Positions 21,051 to 30,489 of a stretch of DNA of 64,000 nt are shown here, piece after piece (the stretch's first letter is position 1; every line of letters begins with the position of its first letter). The stretch is from an uncultured Clostridia bacterium (GTDB lineage Bacteria > Bacillota > Clostridia > TANB77 > CAG-508), in the NCBI GenBank assembly GCA_934129895.1, contig CAKOWY010000007.1:20107-84106 (forward strand), written 5' to 3'. The position numbers and the translations under genes were made by a program. Below the pieces are notes generated by a model that saw only the letters and a program-made list of their open reading frames with translations, did not search any database and was not told where the DNA came from.

Positions 21051-21368
21051 ATGGAAAAAGACTTCGAAGTTTCTTGCTCTTATGCTTTTTTAGAGCGTGA
21101 ACCGAAAATCACAAAGGAGTCCAACCCGCATCTCGCTGCCAAGTTTTACAAGGATTTGGCAAACGATCTTTGCTATTCTCTCTACACTCAGAAGAACTAC
21201 TCGCAGATGTGCCAACTGCTCAGCTTTGTTGCACTGTGCAACGGTAGAGTAAAACTCTGTGAAAAGAGTGGTTGTATCATCAGCATGGTCTTTTCCTTTA
21301 CGGACCAAGGGAACTCTCAGGAGTTTTTGGAATACGTAAAACAGCTCAATGTGAGCATTGTTAATTAA
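21051..21368 (+). CDS. small orphan protein B (105 aa, 8 Cys), GC-rich
   Basis: AGGAGG 6 nt before the ATG, and the ORF is followed directly by a hairpin terminator. Confidence 0.55.
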   Translation: MEKDFEVSCSYAFLEREPKITKESNPHLAAKFYKDLANDLCYSLYTQKNYSQMCQLLSFVALCNGRVKLCEKSGCIISMVFSFTDQGNSQEFLEYVKQLNVSIVN

Positions 21369-21378
21369 AAATTGGCAA

Positions 21379-21416
21379 AGAGAAGGCCCTTTCCTAACGG
21401 AGAGGGTCTTCTCTTA
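21379..21416. terminator. rho-independent terminator (probably bidirectional) between the orphan module and the nrdD 3-prime end
   Basis: AGAGAAGGCCC ... GGGTCTTCTCT stem, then TTATTTA. Confidence 0.6.
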
Positions 21417-21422
21417 TTTATT

Positions 21423-23549
21423 TTACAAATGTAAAACTCTTGATTTTATTTCTTTTGTTTTTCCTACATTCCAGAAATTTTCACCTAAATATCCACATGT
21501 ACGACGAACAACATTTAATTTTGATTTATCTTTATTACCACATTGTGGACATTCCCATTCATTTTGATCATTTATAATCATTTCTCCATCAAATCCACAA
21601 ACTTGGCAATAGTCTGATTTTGTATTAAATTCAGCATATTGAATATTATCATAAATAAATTTAACTACTTCTTCTAATGCCTCAAGATTATTTTTCATAT
21701 TTGGTACTTCAACATAAGATATTGCTCCACCTGATGATAATGGTTGGAATTCACTTTCAAATTTTAATTTGCTAAATGCATCTATTTTTTCTCTAACATC
21801 AACATGATATGAATTTGTATAATATCCCTTGTCTGTAATATCTGGAATACTTCCAAATTTTTCTTTATCAATACGAGCAAATCTATAACATAAACTTTCT
21901 GCTGGAGTTCCATATAATGAAAATCCTAATCCAGATTCATTTCTCCATTTTGTTGTTCTATCTTTTAAGTAATTCATTATTCTTATTGCAAATTCATGTC
22001 CCTCTGGAGTTGTATGAGATACTCCCTTCATTAATTTTGTTGTTTCATATATTCCTATATATCCTAATGATAATGTTGAATATCCATCTTTTAAATATTT
22101 ATCGATTTTTTCACCTTTTTTCAAGCGTGCTATTGCACCATTTTGCCAATGTATTGGTGATATATCTGATAATGTTCCTAATAATGAATAATGTCTACAC
22201 ATTAATGCTTCTTTACATATTTCAAGTCTTTCATCAAGTAATTTCCAGAATTTTTCTTCATTACCTTGAGCAAGTATTCCAACTTGTGGTAAATTTATAC
22301 TTACTACTCCTTGATTAAATCTTCCTTCAAATTTATATTCTCCATTTTCATCTTTCCAAGGAATTAAGAAACTTCTACATCCCATTGGGCTAAATACATT
22401 TCCCTCATAGTTTTCTTTCATCTTTTTAGCTGAAATATAATCTGGATACATTCTCTTTGCAGAACACTTTACTGCTAATTTTGTTAAATAGTCATATTTT
22501 CCGCCTTTTAAACAGTTATGTTCATCTAAAACATATACTAGTTTTGGAAATGCTGGTGTTACATAAACTCCAACTTCGTTCTTTATTCCTTGTATTCTTT
22601 GTTTTAAAATTTCTTCTATTATCATTGCATTTTCATTAATATATTCATCATCTGGATCTAAATGTAAAAATAATGTTACAAATGGAGATTGCCCATTTGT
22701 TGTCATTAAAGTATTTATTTGATATTGTATAGTTTGAACACCTGCTGCCAATTCTTCTTTTACACTATCATTTATCATTTCTTCAATTACATCTTTATGT
22801 ATTTTTCCACCATATTTTTCTGTTAATCTTTTTTTTATTTTATCATGGCTTCTTCTTAAATATTTTCCTAAATGTTTTATATCTACAGATTGTCCACCAT
22901 ATTGGTTACTTGCTACTGCAGCAATTATTTGAGTTGTTACAGTACAAGCTACTTGGAAACTTTTTGGTGTTTCTATCATTTTTCCATTCATTGCTGTTCC
23001 ATTATCTAACATATCTCCAATATTTATTAAACAACAATTAAATATTGGCTGAACAAAATAGTCTGCATCATGAAAATGTAGAATTCCATCTTCATGTGCT
23101 TTTGATATTTTTTCTGGTAATAATATTCTTCTAGTTAAATCTCTTGAAACTTCTCCTGCTATGTAGTCTCTTTGTGTTGAGGCTAACATTGTATTTTTAT
23201 TAGAATTTTCTTCTGCTAACTCTTTATTTTCATTACGGATTAGTCCTAATATTGATTCATCTGTTGTATTTGATTTTCTTACTAATGCTCTTGTATATCT
23301 GTAAACTATATACTTTTTAGCTAATTCGTATTTATCAAATTCCATTAATTTTTCTTCAATAACATCTTGAATGTCTTCTACTAACATTCTTTTTTTGCCA
23401 AGGTCTTCAATATATCCTATAATTTCACTAATTTCTTCTTTTGTTGCTTTTTCTTTTCCTCTTACTTCTTTATTAGCTTTTTCAATTGCTATTTCGATTT
23501 TTGAACGATCAAAATCTATAGTTCTACCATCTCTTTTTATTACCTTCAT
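21423..23549 (-). CDS. nrdD: anaerobic ribonucleoside-triphosphate reductase (class III)
   Basis: N-terminal ATP-cone (MKVIKRDGRTIDFDRSKIE), a Cys-rich zinc ribbon, and the C-terminal glycyl-radical motif RRTCGYLG. Confidence 0.9.
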   Translation of the reverse strand: MKVIKRDGRTIDFDRSKIEIAIEKANKEVRGKEKATKEEISEIIGYIEDLGKKRMLVEDIQDVIEEKLMEFDKYELAKKYIVYRYTRALVRKSNTTDESILGLIRNENKELAEENSNKNTMLASTQRDYIAGEVSRDLTRRILLPEKISKAHEDGILHFHDADYFVQPIFNCCLINIGDMLDNGTAMNGKMIETPKSFQVACTVTTQIIAAVASNQYGGQSVDIKHLGKYLRRSHDKIKKRLTEKYGGKIHKDVIEEMINDSVKEELAAGVQTIQYQINTLMTTNGQSPFVTLFLHLDPDDEYINENAMIIEEILKQRIQGIKNEVGVYVTPAFPKLVYVLDEHNCLKGGKYDYLTKLAVKCSAKRMYPDYISAKKMKENYEGNVFSPMGCRSFLIPWKDENGEYKFEGRFNQGVVSINLPQVGILAQGNEEKFWKLLDERLEICKEALMCRHYSLLGTLSDISPIHWQNGAIARLKKGEKIDKYLKDGYSTLSLGYIGIYETTKLMKGVSHTTPEGHEFAIRIMNYLKDRTTKWRNESGLGFSLYGTPAESLCYRFARIDKEKFGSIPDITDKGYYTNSYHVDVREKIDAFSKLKFESEFQPLSSGGAISYVEVPNMKNNLEALEEVVKFIYDNIQYAEFNTKSDYCQVCGFDGEMIINDQNEWECPQCGNKDKSKLNVVRRTCGYLGENFWNVGKTKEIKSRVLHL

Positions 23550-23629
23550 ATTATTACCTTCCTCTCAAGTGTACTTTTTATTTTTTTCTTTTAAGTACAA
23601 GTCAATTATACCTTTTATTTTTCAAAAAT

Positions 23630-23645
23630 CTGTTGCAATTGCAAC
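23630..23645. promoter_or_regulatory. perfect 16-bp palindrome TGTTGCAATTGCAACA in the nrdD / crp-fnr divergent region, a candidate operator
   Basis: Perfect dyad. It contains a TTGCAA -35-like hexamer placed 17 nt before TGTATAAT (23653-23660), which points toward the regulator gene. Confidence 0.45.
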
Positions 23646-23754
23646 AATTTTAATGTATAATCTTTTTGGAAATTTCATAATATATTGTCTAATATTTATG
23701 TTGAATTATCAGTATTTTGAAATTTCAAGCTTATTCAATTTTGGAGATATTTTT

Positions 23755-24384
23755 ATGGAAACAAATTTCAATAAAAAAAATTTTATAGAAAATTTTAAAT
23801 CAAGTTGTGATAAAATACAAATAAAAAATTTTGATAAAGGTGAAACAGTTACTAACTATATCGAAAAGCGTAACCAAATCTGCATAATTTTAAATGGAGA
23901 GGTTGATTTAATAAGGTATGATGTCAATGGTAATAAAACTATTATTGGACGTTTTTCAAATAATGATGTTTTTGGAGAAGTTTTCTACCCAGCAAATACT
24001 AATAATGAACTTTTTGCAGTTGCCAAAAAGAAATCTGAAATTTTATTTTATACTTATGATTCTCTTTTTAATAAATGTAAAAAAAATTGTGAATTTCATA
24101 AGGAACTTATAAGTTCTCTCGGAGAATTATTTCTTGATGAAATTATAGATTTAAACTTGAGAATAGAACTTTTAACTAAAAGAAATATAAGAGAAAAACT
24201 TTTATCTTATTTTGATATTTTATCAAAGGGTTCTATGGTAAAATCATTTACAATTCCATATAATTATACTGATTTAGCAGATTTTTTAAGTGTAGATAGA
24301 AGTGCTATGATGAGAGAAATTAAACTTTTAATTGATGATGGATTTGTAAAAAAAGATGGGAATAAAATTACTTTACTATACTAA
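23755..24384 (+). CDS. Crp/Fnr-family transcriptional regulator
   Basis: cNMP-binding-like beta-roll followed by a C-terminal HTH (TDLADFLSVDRSAMMREIKLL). GGAGA RBS before the ATG at 23755. The upstream part of the track ORF is antisense to nrdD and is discarded. Confidence 0.8.
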   Translation: METNFNKKNFIENFKSSCDKIQIKNFDKGETVTNYIEKRNQICIILNGEVDLIRYDVNGNKTIIGRFSNNDVFGEVFYPANTNNELFAVAKKKSEILFYTYDSLFNKCKKNCEFHKELISSLGELFLDEIIDLNLRIELLTKRNIREKLLSYFDILSKGSMVKSFTIPYNYTDLADFLSVDRSAMMREIKLLIDDGFVKKDGNKITLLY

Positions 24385-24387
24385 AAA

Positions 24388-24424
24388 AATAAAGAACGCG
24401 CTTTGACGTTCTTTATTTTTGTTT
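24388..24424. terminator. bidirectional rho-independent terminator
   Basis: AAAGAACG CGCTTTGA CGTTCTTT followed by ATTTTTG. Confidence 0.5.
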
Positions 24425-24973
24425 CCATTTTTCATATTCTTCTTCTATCATCTTTGCTACTTCTTCTGGTGTTAAGTTTGTTGTATCAATTACAAAATCA
24501 TAATTAGACATATCATCTTTATGTACATGATATAATTTCCAATATCTTTCATTTTCCATTTTAAATCTTTTTTGCATATCTTTTTTTTGTTCTTCTACTG
24601 TTGAAAAACATTCAGTTGATTTTCTTTTGGGGTCATTAAATGCTCTTTTAGCTGCAACATCAATATCAACTTTTAAATATACTTTAAATGATTCTGGAAC
24701 AGCATACCATCCTAATCTTGCATCAATAATAAAATTATCATGTGTTTGTGCATATTCAGCTGCACTTTTTTCTATTTGAAGATCTATTTCAGGATGTTCT
24801 GCAAGAAATGCATTAAAACTTGTTATATCTAATCCCATGTCTTTTGCTAATTTTCTTGCATATTCTCCATTTCTATATATTCCATAATCTAATTTTTTTA
24901 TTAAAATTTCTGATATAGTTCCTTTTCCTGCAGCTAAATCACCCGCAAGTGAAATGATATTCTTTTTTTCCAT
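24413..24973 (-). CDS. cytidylate-kinase-like / AAA-family nucleotide kinase
   Basis: P-loop SLAGDLAAGKGT. 186 aa. Resembles archaeal-type CMP kinase family proteins. Confidence 0.5.
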   Translation of the reverse strand: MEKKNIISLAGDLAAGKGTISEILIKKLDYGIYRNGEYARKLAKDMGLDITSFNAFLAEHPEIDLQIEKSAAEYAQTHDNFIIDARLGWYAVPESFKVYLKVDIDVAAKRAFNDPKRKSTECFSTVEEQKKDMQKRFKMENERYWKLYHVHKDDMSNYDFVIDTTNLTPEEVAKMIEEEYEKWKQK

Positions 24974-25009
24974 TATAATGTTTTCCTTTCACAATTTATC
25001 TCTACAATT

Positions 25010-25219
25010 TTATTGTATTATATCTTTTGGTTCAATAATTTCTACTTTTCCTTCTGCTATTTCATTTGCTGCAAGTGTAACTGGTGATTCTTCTTTTACT
25101 TTTGTCTTTACTTCTGCACCATTTGCTATTTGTCTAGCTCTTTTTGAAGTTGCTATTACAAGTTCATATCTATTTCTTGCCTTTTTTAAAAGTTCTGAAA
25201 CCGTTGGTTTTACCATCAT
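25010..25219 (-). CDS. rpoZ: DNA-directed RNA polymerase subunit omega
   Basis: 69 aa, LLKKARNRYELVIATSKRARQI. Confidence 0.85.
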   Translation of the reverse strand: MMVKPTVSELLKKARNRYELVIATSKRARQIANGAEVKTKVKEESPVTLAANEIAEGKVEIIEPKDIIQ

Positions 25220-25242
25220 AATATATCTTCCTCCTTAAAAAT

Positions 25243-25500
25243 TTATTCTTCAGACTGATTATCTACATCTTTATCTGTTCTTGTAGCTATTGTTTCAGGT
25301 TGTATTGCTGATAAAATTATATGACCAGAATCCATTATTAATACTGACCTTGTTCTTCTTCCACAAGTTGCATCTATAGCTGTTTTTGCATCTTTAGCCT
25401 CTTGTACCATTCTCTTTATTGGAGCTGATTCAGGACTTACAACAGCTACTATTTTATTTGCACTAACAATATTCCCAAAACCGATGTTAACTAATTGCAT
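25243..25500 (-). CDS. remA: RemA/YlzA (DUF370) biofilm regulatory protein
   Basis: [27 protein letters not shown] matches RemA almost residue for residue. Confidence 0.85.
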   Translation of the reverse strand: MQLVNIGFGNIVSANKIVAVVSPESAPIKRMVQEAKDAKTAIDATCGRRTRSVLIMDSGHIILSAIQPETIATRTDKDVDNQSEE

Positions 25501-25526
25501 ATTTGATTTCCTTTCTTTTTTATAGT

Positions 25527-26024
25527 TTAATCTTTTGCATTATTTATATTTTTTCTTTTAGTTAATTTCTTTATTGGTTTATCTTTAACAATTTCTTTTA
25601 TATCGCTTAAATTATCTAGTTTTTGTTTATTTTCATTTGTATATTTAATTATTATTTTTAATATGTAATATGATATTGCTATACCTATACATAATTTTAT
25701 ATATTCTTGTATACCTACATAAAAAACTCTTGTCATATACTGAATTAACAATGTAAATATAGAAACAACAAGTGTTTCAATTCCATGTATTCCTATTTTT
25801 GTATTTTCTTTTTTGTATGCAATTTCAAAAGTAATTAGTGAAACTATTAATAACACAAAACTTGAAATTTTAAAATATTTTATAAAAAAATTTGAATCAT
25901 AGTTAATTTGAATTAAATATAAACTTATAAAATATAGTATAATTAAAATTAAATATATAATATTTAATACTTTTTCTATTATTTTTGAATTTTTATCTTT
26001 TTTTTCTGGAGTACAACTTTCCAA
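25527..26024 (-). CDS. hypothetical membrane protein
   Basis: 165 aa with 4 predicted transmembrane helices. No recognisable motif. Confidence 0.4.
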   Translation of the reverse strand: MESCTPEKKDKNSKIIEKVLNIIYLILIILYFISLYLIQINYDSNFFIKYFKISSFVLLIVSLITFEIAYKKENTKIGIHGIETLVVSIFTLLIQYMTRVFYVGIQEYIKLCIGIAISYYILKIIIKYTNENKQKLDNLSDIKEIVKDKPIKKLTKRKNINNAKD

Positions 26025-26121
26025 TTAATATTCCTCTTTCATTTTTTGTTTACATATTGAATATTTTACCATTTTTTTTAGTATTTATCAAGTATTTTAT
26101 ATTATTTTTCTTTATTTGTAT

Positions 26122-26871
26122 TTAATTTAAAGAAAATTCATACATTAATATACTTAACAAATTTAATGCTACTGTTTCTGTACGCAAAATTCTTTTTCCT
26201 AATGTTACTACTTTTGCACCAGCATTTTTCAATTGAATTATTTCATTTTCTTCAAATCCACCTTCTGGTCCAATAACAACTCCTATTTTTAGATCTTCTT
26301 TTTTTTCTGAATTTTTTATTCTCTTTAATTCTGCTTTTATTGTATTTTCTTTTTCATTCTCATAAGCAACAATTATTACATCATAATCTTTTACGATATT
26401 ATCTATTTCTTTAATATCTATTATTGGCTTTACTTGAGGAATATAGTTTCTTCCACATTGTTTTGATGCACTTTCTGCAATTTTATTCCATCTTTCTATT
26501 TTCTTGTTTTCATCTTTTTTATCAATCTTTACTACACATCTTTTCATACAAGTTGGAATTATAGCATTTGCACCTAATTCAACTGATTTTTGAATTATTA
26601 ATTCCATCTTATCTGATTTAGGTAATCCTTGAAATATATCAACTTTTATATTTTCACTTACATCATCCAATACAGATATTATTTGAGTAGTTATGCTTTG
26701 TTCATCTATCTTTTCTATTTCACATTTATATGAGGTTTCAGTATCTTGATCACATATTTCTATGTCATCTCCTATTTGTTTTCTTAAAACGTTTTTTATA
26801 TGTTTTATATCTTCACCACATATAATTATTTTATTATCATTTATTTGACTATTTTTTACAAAAAATCGTGG
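26122..26871 (-). CDS. rsmE: 16S rRNA (uracil1498-N3)-methyltransferase
   Basis: Canonical MPRFFV N-terminus with GGAGA 7 nt upstream, and the C-terminal GPEGGF motif. The longer track ORF start (26904) lacks an RBS. Confidence 0.8.
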   Translation of the reverse strand, partial: PRFFVKNSQINDNKIIICGEDIKHIKNVLRKQIGDDIEICDQDTETSYKCEIEKIDEQSITTQIISVLDDVSENIKVDIFQGLPKSDKMELIIQKSVELGANAIIPTCMKRCVVKIDKKDENKKIERWNKIAESASKQCGRNYIPQVKPIIDIKEIDNIVKDYDVIIVAYENEKENTIKAELKRIKNSEKKEDLKIGVVIGPEGGFEENEIIQLKNAGAKVVTLGKRILRTETVALNLLSILMYEFSLN

Positions 26872-26929
26872 CATTTTCTCATCTCCTAATAAAGAAAGCT
26901 CCATATTTCATGAAGCCCTCTATTTTCTA

Positions 26930-27895
26930 TTATTTTAACCATTCTGGATTTGCAATATACCAATCTATTGTTTTTACAATTCCATCTTCAAATTTTGTTT
27001 CTGGTTCCCATCCAAGTTCTGCTTTTATTTTACTTGGATCTATTGCATATCTGTAATCATGACCTTTTCTATCTTCTACATATTGAATTAAGTCTTCTGA
27101 TTTTCCTAATCTTTTTAATATAAGTTTTACAATATCTATATTTCTCTTTTCATTGTGTCCACCTATATTATATCTCTCACCAGCAACACCTTTATGAAAT
27201 ACCATATCTATTGCTTTACAATGATCTTCTACATATAACCAATCTCTTATATTTTTTCCTGTACCATAAACTGGTAGTTTTTCATTATTCATTGCAAGTT
27301 TAATCATGTGTGGAATTAATTTTTCATTATGTTGATATGGTCCATAGTTATTTGAACAGTTTGTTACATTTACATTCATTTTATATGTTGTATGATATGC
27401 AAATGCAATTAAGTCTGAACTTGCTTTTGATGCTGAATATGGGCTACTTGGTTGTATTGGTGATTTTTCTGTAAAATATCCATCTTCTCCTAATGCACCA
27501 TATACTTCATCTGTTGATATATGTACAAATTTATTTTCTGAACCTTCTCCCCATTTTTGTTTTGCTGTTTCTAATAATGTATGTGTTCCAATAACATTTG
27601 TATGTGTAAATACAAATGGATTTTTTATACTATTGTCTACATGTGATTCAGCAGCAAAATGTATTACACCATTTATATCATATTTATCAAATATTTCTTT
27701 CATTTTTTCAAAATCACATATATCTGCTTTTTCAAATGATATTTTATCTTTTACTTTATCTAAATTTGCCATGTTTCCAGCATAAGTTAATTTATCTACT
27801 ACAACTACTTTATAATCTGGATGTTTATTTACAAAATATTCTACAAAATTTGCTCCTATAAATCCTGCTGCACCTGTTACTAATATATTTTTCAT
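26930..27895 (-). CDS. rfbB: dTDP-glucose 4,6-dehydratase
   Basis: TGAAGFIG Rossmann motif, the YSASK catalytic motif, and full-length similarity. Confidence 0.9.
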   Translation of the reverse strand: MKNILVTGAAGFIGANFVEYFVNKHPDYKVVVVDKLTYAGNMANLDKVKDKISFEKADICDFEKMKEIFDKYDINGVIHFAAESHVDNSIKNPFVFTHTNVIGTHTLLETAKQKWGEGSENKFVHISTDEVYGALGEDGYFTEKSPIQPSSPYSASKASSDLIAFAYHTTYKMNVNVTNCSNNYGPYQHNEKLIPHMIKLAMNNEKLPVYGTGKNIRDWLYVEDHCKAIDMVFHKGVAGERYNIGGHNEKRNIDIVKLILKRLGKSEDLIQYVEDRKGHDYRYAIDPSKIKAELGWEPETKFEDGIVKTIDWYIANPEWLK

Positions 27896-27897
27896 AA

Positions 27898-28488
27898 TTA
27901 ATTTTCTCCTTTTATATTCTTAAATAAGTCTGTTTGTTTTAATTCTTTTAAAGAAGGCCATTTTGCATCTTTTTCTGATGTTATTAAATCTTCTTTCTTT
28001 AAATCTCCCATTGGCCATTCAACTCCAACATCTGGATCATCAAATTTTAATCCACCTTCAGCTTCATGATTATATATATCATCACATTTATATGTAAATT
28101 CTGCTTCATCTGATAATACCAAAAATCCATGTGCAAATCCTTTTGGTATCATAAACATTTTTTTATTTTCTTCTGTTAATATAACACCTTCCCATTTTCC
28201 ATAAGTTTTACTTCCAGGTCTTAAATCAACAGCAACATCAAATACCTCACCTTTTATACATCTAACAAGTTTAGCTTGTGTATTTTCCTTTTGAAAATGT
28301 AGTCCTCTTAAAACACCTTTTTTTGATTTTGACTGATTGTCTTGAACAAAATCATAGTTTAATCCAATTTCTTCAAAATCTTTTTTGCTATATGTTTCCA
28401 TAAAGTATCCTCTATTATCTCCAAATACTGTTGGTTCTATAATATATACTCCATCTATTGATGTTTCAATTTTTTTGAATTTTCCCAT
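27898..28488 (-). CDS. rfbC: dTDP-4-dehydrorhamnose 3,5-epimerase
   Basis: RmlC cupin signatures RGLHFQ and the FDVAVDLR motif. Confidence 0.9.
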   Translation of the reverse strand: MGKFKKIETSIDGVYIIEPTVFGDNRGYFMETYSKKDFEEIGLNYDFVQDNQSKSKKGVLRGLHFQKENTQAKLVRCIKGEVFDVAVDLRPGSKTYGKWEGVILTEENKKMFMIPKGFAHGFLVLSDEAEFTYKCDDIYNHEAEGGLKFDDPDVGVEWPMGDLKKEDLITSEKDAKWPSLKELKQTDLFKNIKGEN

Positions 28489-28552
28489 ATTATACTAAAT
28501 ATCTAATTTTTAGTTAGATATCTCTCCTTTCTTTTGAATTAAATATATTTTA

Positions 28553-29443
28553 TTATTCTTCACCAAATACATTATCTGCTACATCTTTTAGATATTTTCC
28601 ATAGTCTGTTTTCATATATTTTTTAGCTAATTCTGATAATTCACTAGAGTCTATCCAACCTTTATCAAATGCTATTTCTTCTGGACAACATATTTGTAGA
28701 CCTTGTCTTTTTTGAATTGTTTGAACAAAACTTGCTGTTTCTATTAAAGCATCATGTGTTCCTGTATCAAACCATGTCATTCCTCTTCCTAATTTTTCAA
28801 CTTTTAATTGTCCTTTTTTCATATATTCTTCATTTATTGATGTTATTTCTAATTCTCCTCTTGCAGATGGTTTTACATTTTTAGCAATTTCTATTACTTC
28901 ATTTGTATAGAAATACAATCCTGGCACAGCATAATTTGATTTTGGATTAGCTGGCTTTTCTTCTATTGAAACAGCTTTTCCTTTTTCATCAATTTCTACT
29001 ACTCCATAAGCTCTTGGGTCTTTTACATAATATCCAAATATTGTTGCTTCATTTTCTCTTTCATTTGCTTCTTTTAATTTTTGTGATAGATGTTCTCCAT
29101 AAAACATATTATCTCCTAATATCATTGCAACATTATCTTGTCCTATAAAGTCTTCCCCAATAATAAATGCTTCTGCTAAACCATTTGGTTTTTCTTGAAC
29201 TTTATATTCAAATTTCATTCCCCATTGACTTCCGTCTCCAAGTAAACTTTTAAATGTTTCTAAGTCTCTTGGTGTTGTTATTATTAAAACTTCTCTTATA
29301 TCTGCTTGCATTAATATTGATAATGGATAATAAATCATTGGTTTATCATATACTGGCATTATTTGCTTTGATATTGCAAGTGTTAATGGATATAATCTTG
29401 TTCCACTTCCTCCTGCTAATATAATTCCTTTTCTATTTTTCAT
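28553..29443 (-). CDS. rfbA: glucose-1-phosphate thymidylyltransferase
   Basis: [17 protein letters not shown]-terminal motif. Confidence 0.9.
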   Translation of the reverse strand: MKNRKGIILAGGSGTRLYPLTLAISKQIMPVYDKPMIYYPLSILMQADIREVLIITTPRDLETFKSLLGDGSQWGMKFEYKVQEKPNGLAEAFIIGEDFIGQDNVAMILGDNMFYGEHLSQKLKEANERENEATIFGYYVKDPRAYGVVEIDEKGKAVSIEEKPANPKSNYAVPGLYFYTNEVIEIAKNVKPSARGELEITSINEEYMKKGQLKVEKLGRGMTWFDTGTHDALIETASFVQTIQKRQGLQICCPEEIAFDKGWIDSSELSELAKKYMKTDYGKYLKDVADNVFGEE

Positions 29444-29458
29444 AATACTCCATCCTTT

Positions 29459-30333
29459 CTATTGCTCTAATCTTTTGGCTTCTTCTAAGTATCTTTTTAA
29501 TCCATCTTTCCACTCTGGTACTTTTATTCCAGTTGCTTCAAGTTTGGCTTTTGACATTTGTGAATTAAATGGTCTTTTGGCTTGTGTAACTTTCATCATT
29601 TCTATATATTGTTCTGTTGTTACAGGGTTTACTTTACATGTAATTCCTTGTTCTGCTAATATTTCTTTTGTAAAGTCATACCATGTTGTATATCCTTCAT
29701 TTGTAGCATTATATATTCCATAAGGTATTTTTTTATATATTGCTTGATATATTATTTCTGTTAAATCTTTTGCGTAAGTTGGACTTCCGTGTTGATCTGA
29801 TACTACATTTATTTCATCTCTTGTTGATCCTAATTTTGTCATTGTTTTTACAAAATTATTTCCTCCAACTCCATATAACCATGCTGTTCTAAAAATGTAG
29901 TATTCATCCATATTTGATGTTATTCCTTCTTCACCATGTAATTTTGTTTTTCCATAAGCTGTTACTGGATGTTTTTCATCATCTTCTTTATAATCTTTTG
30001 ATATATCTAAATTTCCACCAAATACATAATCTGTAGATATATGAACTAATTTTGCTCCTGCATTTTTAGCTACTTTAGCTAAATTTGTTGGTCCATCTCC
30101 ATTTATTCTGTCTGCTAAATCATAGTTTTCTTCTGCTTTATCTACAGCTGTATATGCTGCACAATTTATTATATATTCTGGTTTTGTATTTTCTACATAT
30201 TCCATAACTGCTTTTTCATTTGTTATATCTAATTCTGATACATCTGTTGCTATTACTTCATTTCCATCTGCAAATTTTTCTTTTACTTCTTTTGCTAACA
30301 TTCCGTTAGCTCCTGTTACTAATATTTTCATTT
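29459..30333 (-). CDS. rfbD: dTDP-4-dehydrorhamnose reductase
   Basis: MKILVTGANGMLA start with GGAGG upstream, and RmlD family similarity. The longer track ORF start is unsupported. Confidence 0.85.
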
Positions 30334-30454
30334 GAAACCTCCATTTATTGAGTTTAAATTTCGTGATTATGATATCACAAATAGAAAAAAAGTACAAGTA
30401 ATTATTACACATTACTAGGATAAATTTATAATATTTTAATAATTTATTAAAAAC

Positions 30455-30482
30455 AAAAAAGTCGCTGTTATAGCGACCTATT
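30455..30482 (-). terminator. rho-independent terminator after the spoIID-spoIIQ-like pair
   Basis: GTCGCT GTTAT AGCGAC stem followed, on the minus strand, by TTTTTTGTTTTT. Confidence 0.5.
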
Positions 30483-30489
30483 ATATTTT

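Noticed and set aside
20774-21308. Minus-strand ORFs 20774-21028, 20814-20996 and 21090-21308 inside the GC-rich module
   Set aside because: They are antisense to the two plus-strand genes, which have AGGAGG sites, a consensus promoter and a terminator. GC-rich DNA spuriously keeps antisense frames open.
23371-23754. The long N-terminal extension of the Crp/Fnr ORF in the track (start at 23371)
   Set aside because: That stretch is antisense to the 5-prime end of nrdD, is hydrophobic low-complexity, and has no RBS. The ATG at 23755 with GGAGA upstream gives a normal-length Crp/Fnr protein.
26872-26904. Longer RsmE start MELSLLGDEK, and the longer starts for rfbD (30412), clpB (43842) and the sleB-like gene (39657)
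   Set aside because: The track uses the farthest in-frame start codon, including GTG or TTG. The internal ATG preceded by a GGAGG-type RBS matches canonical N-termini such as MPRFF, MKILVTGA and MNIQKF.
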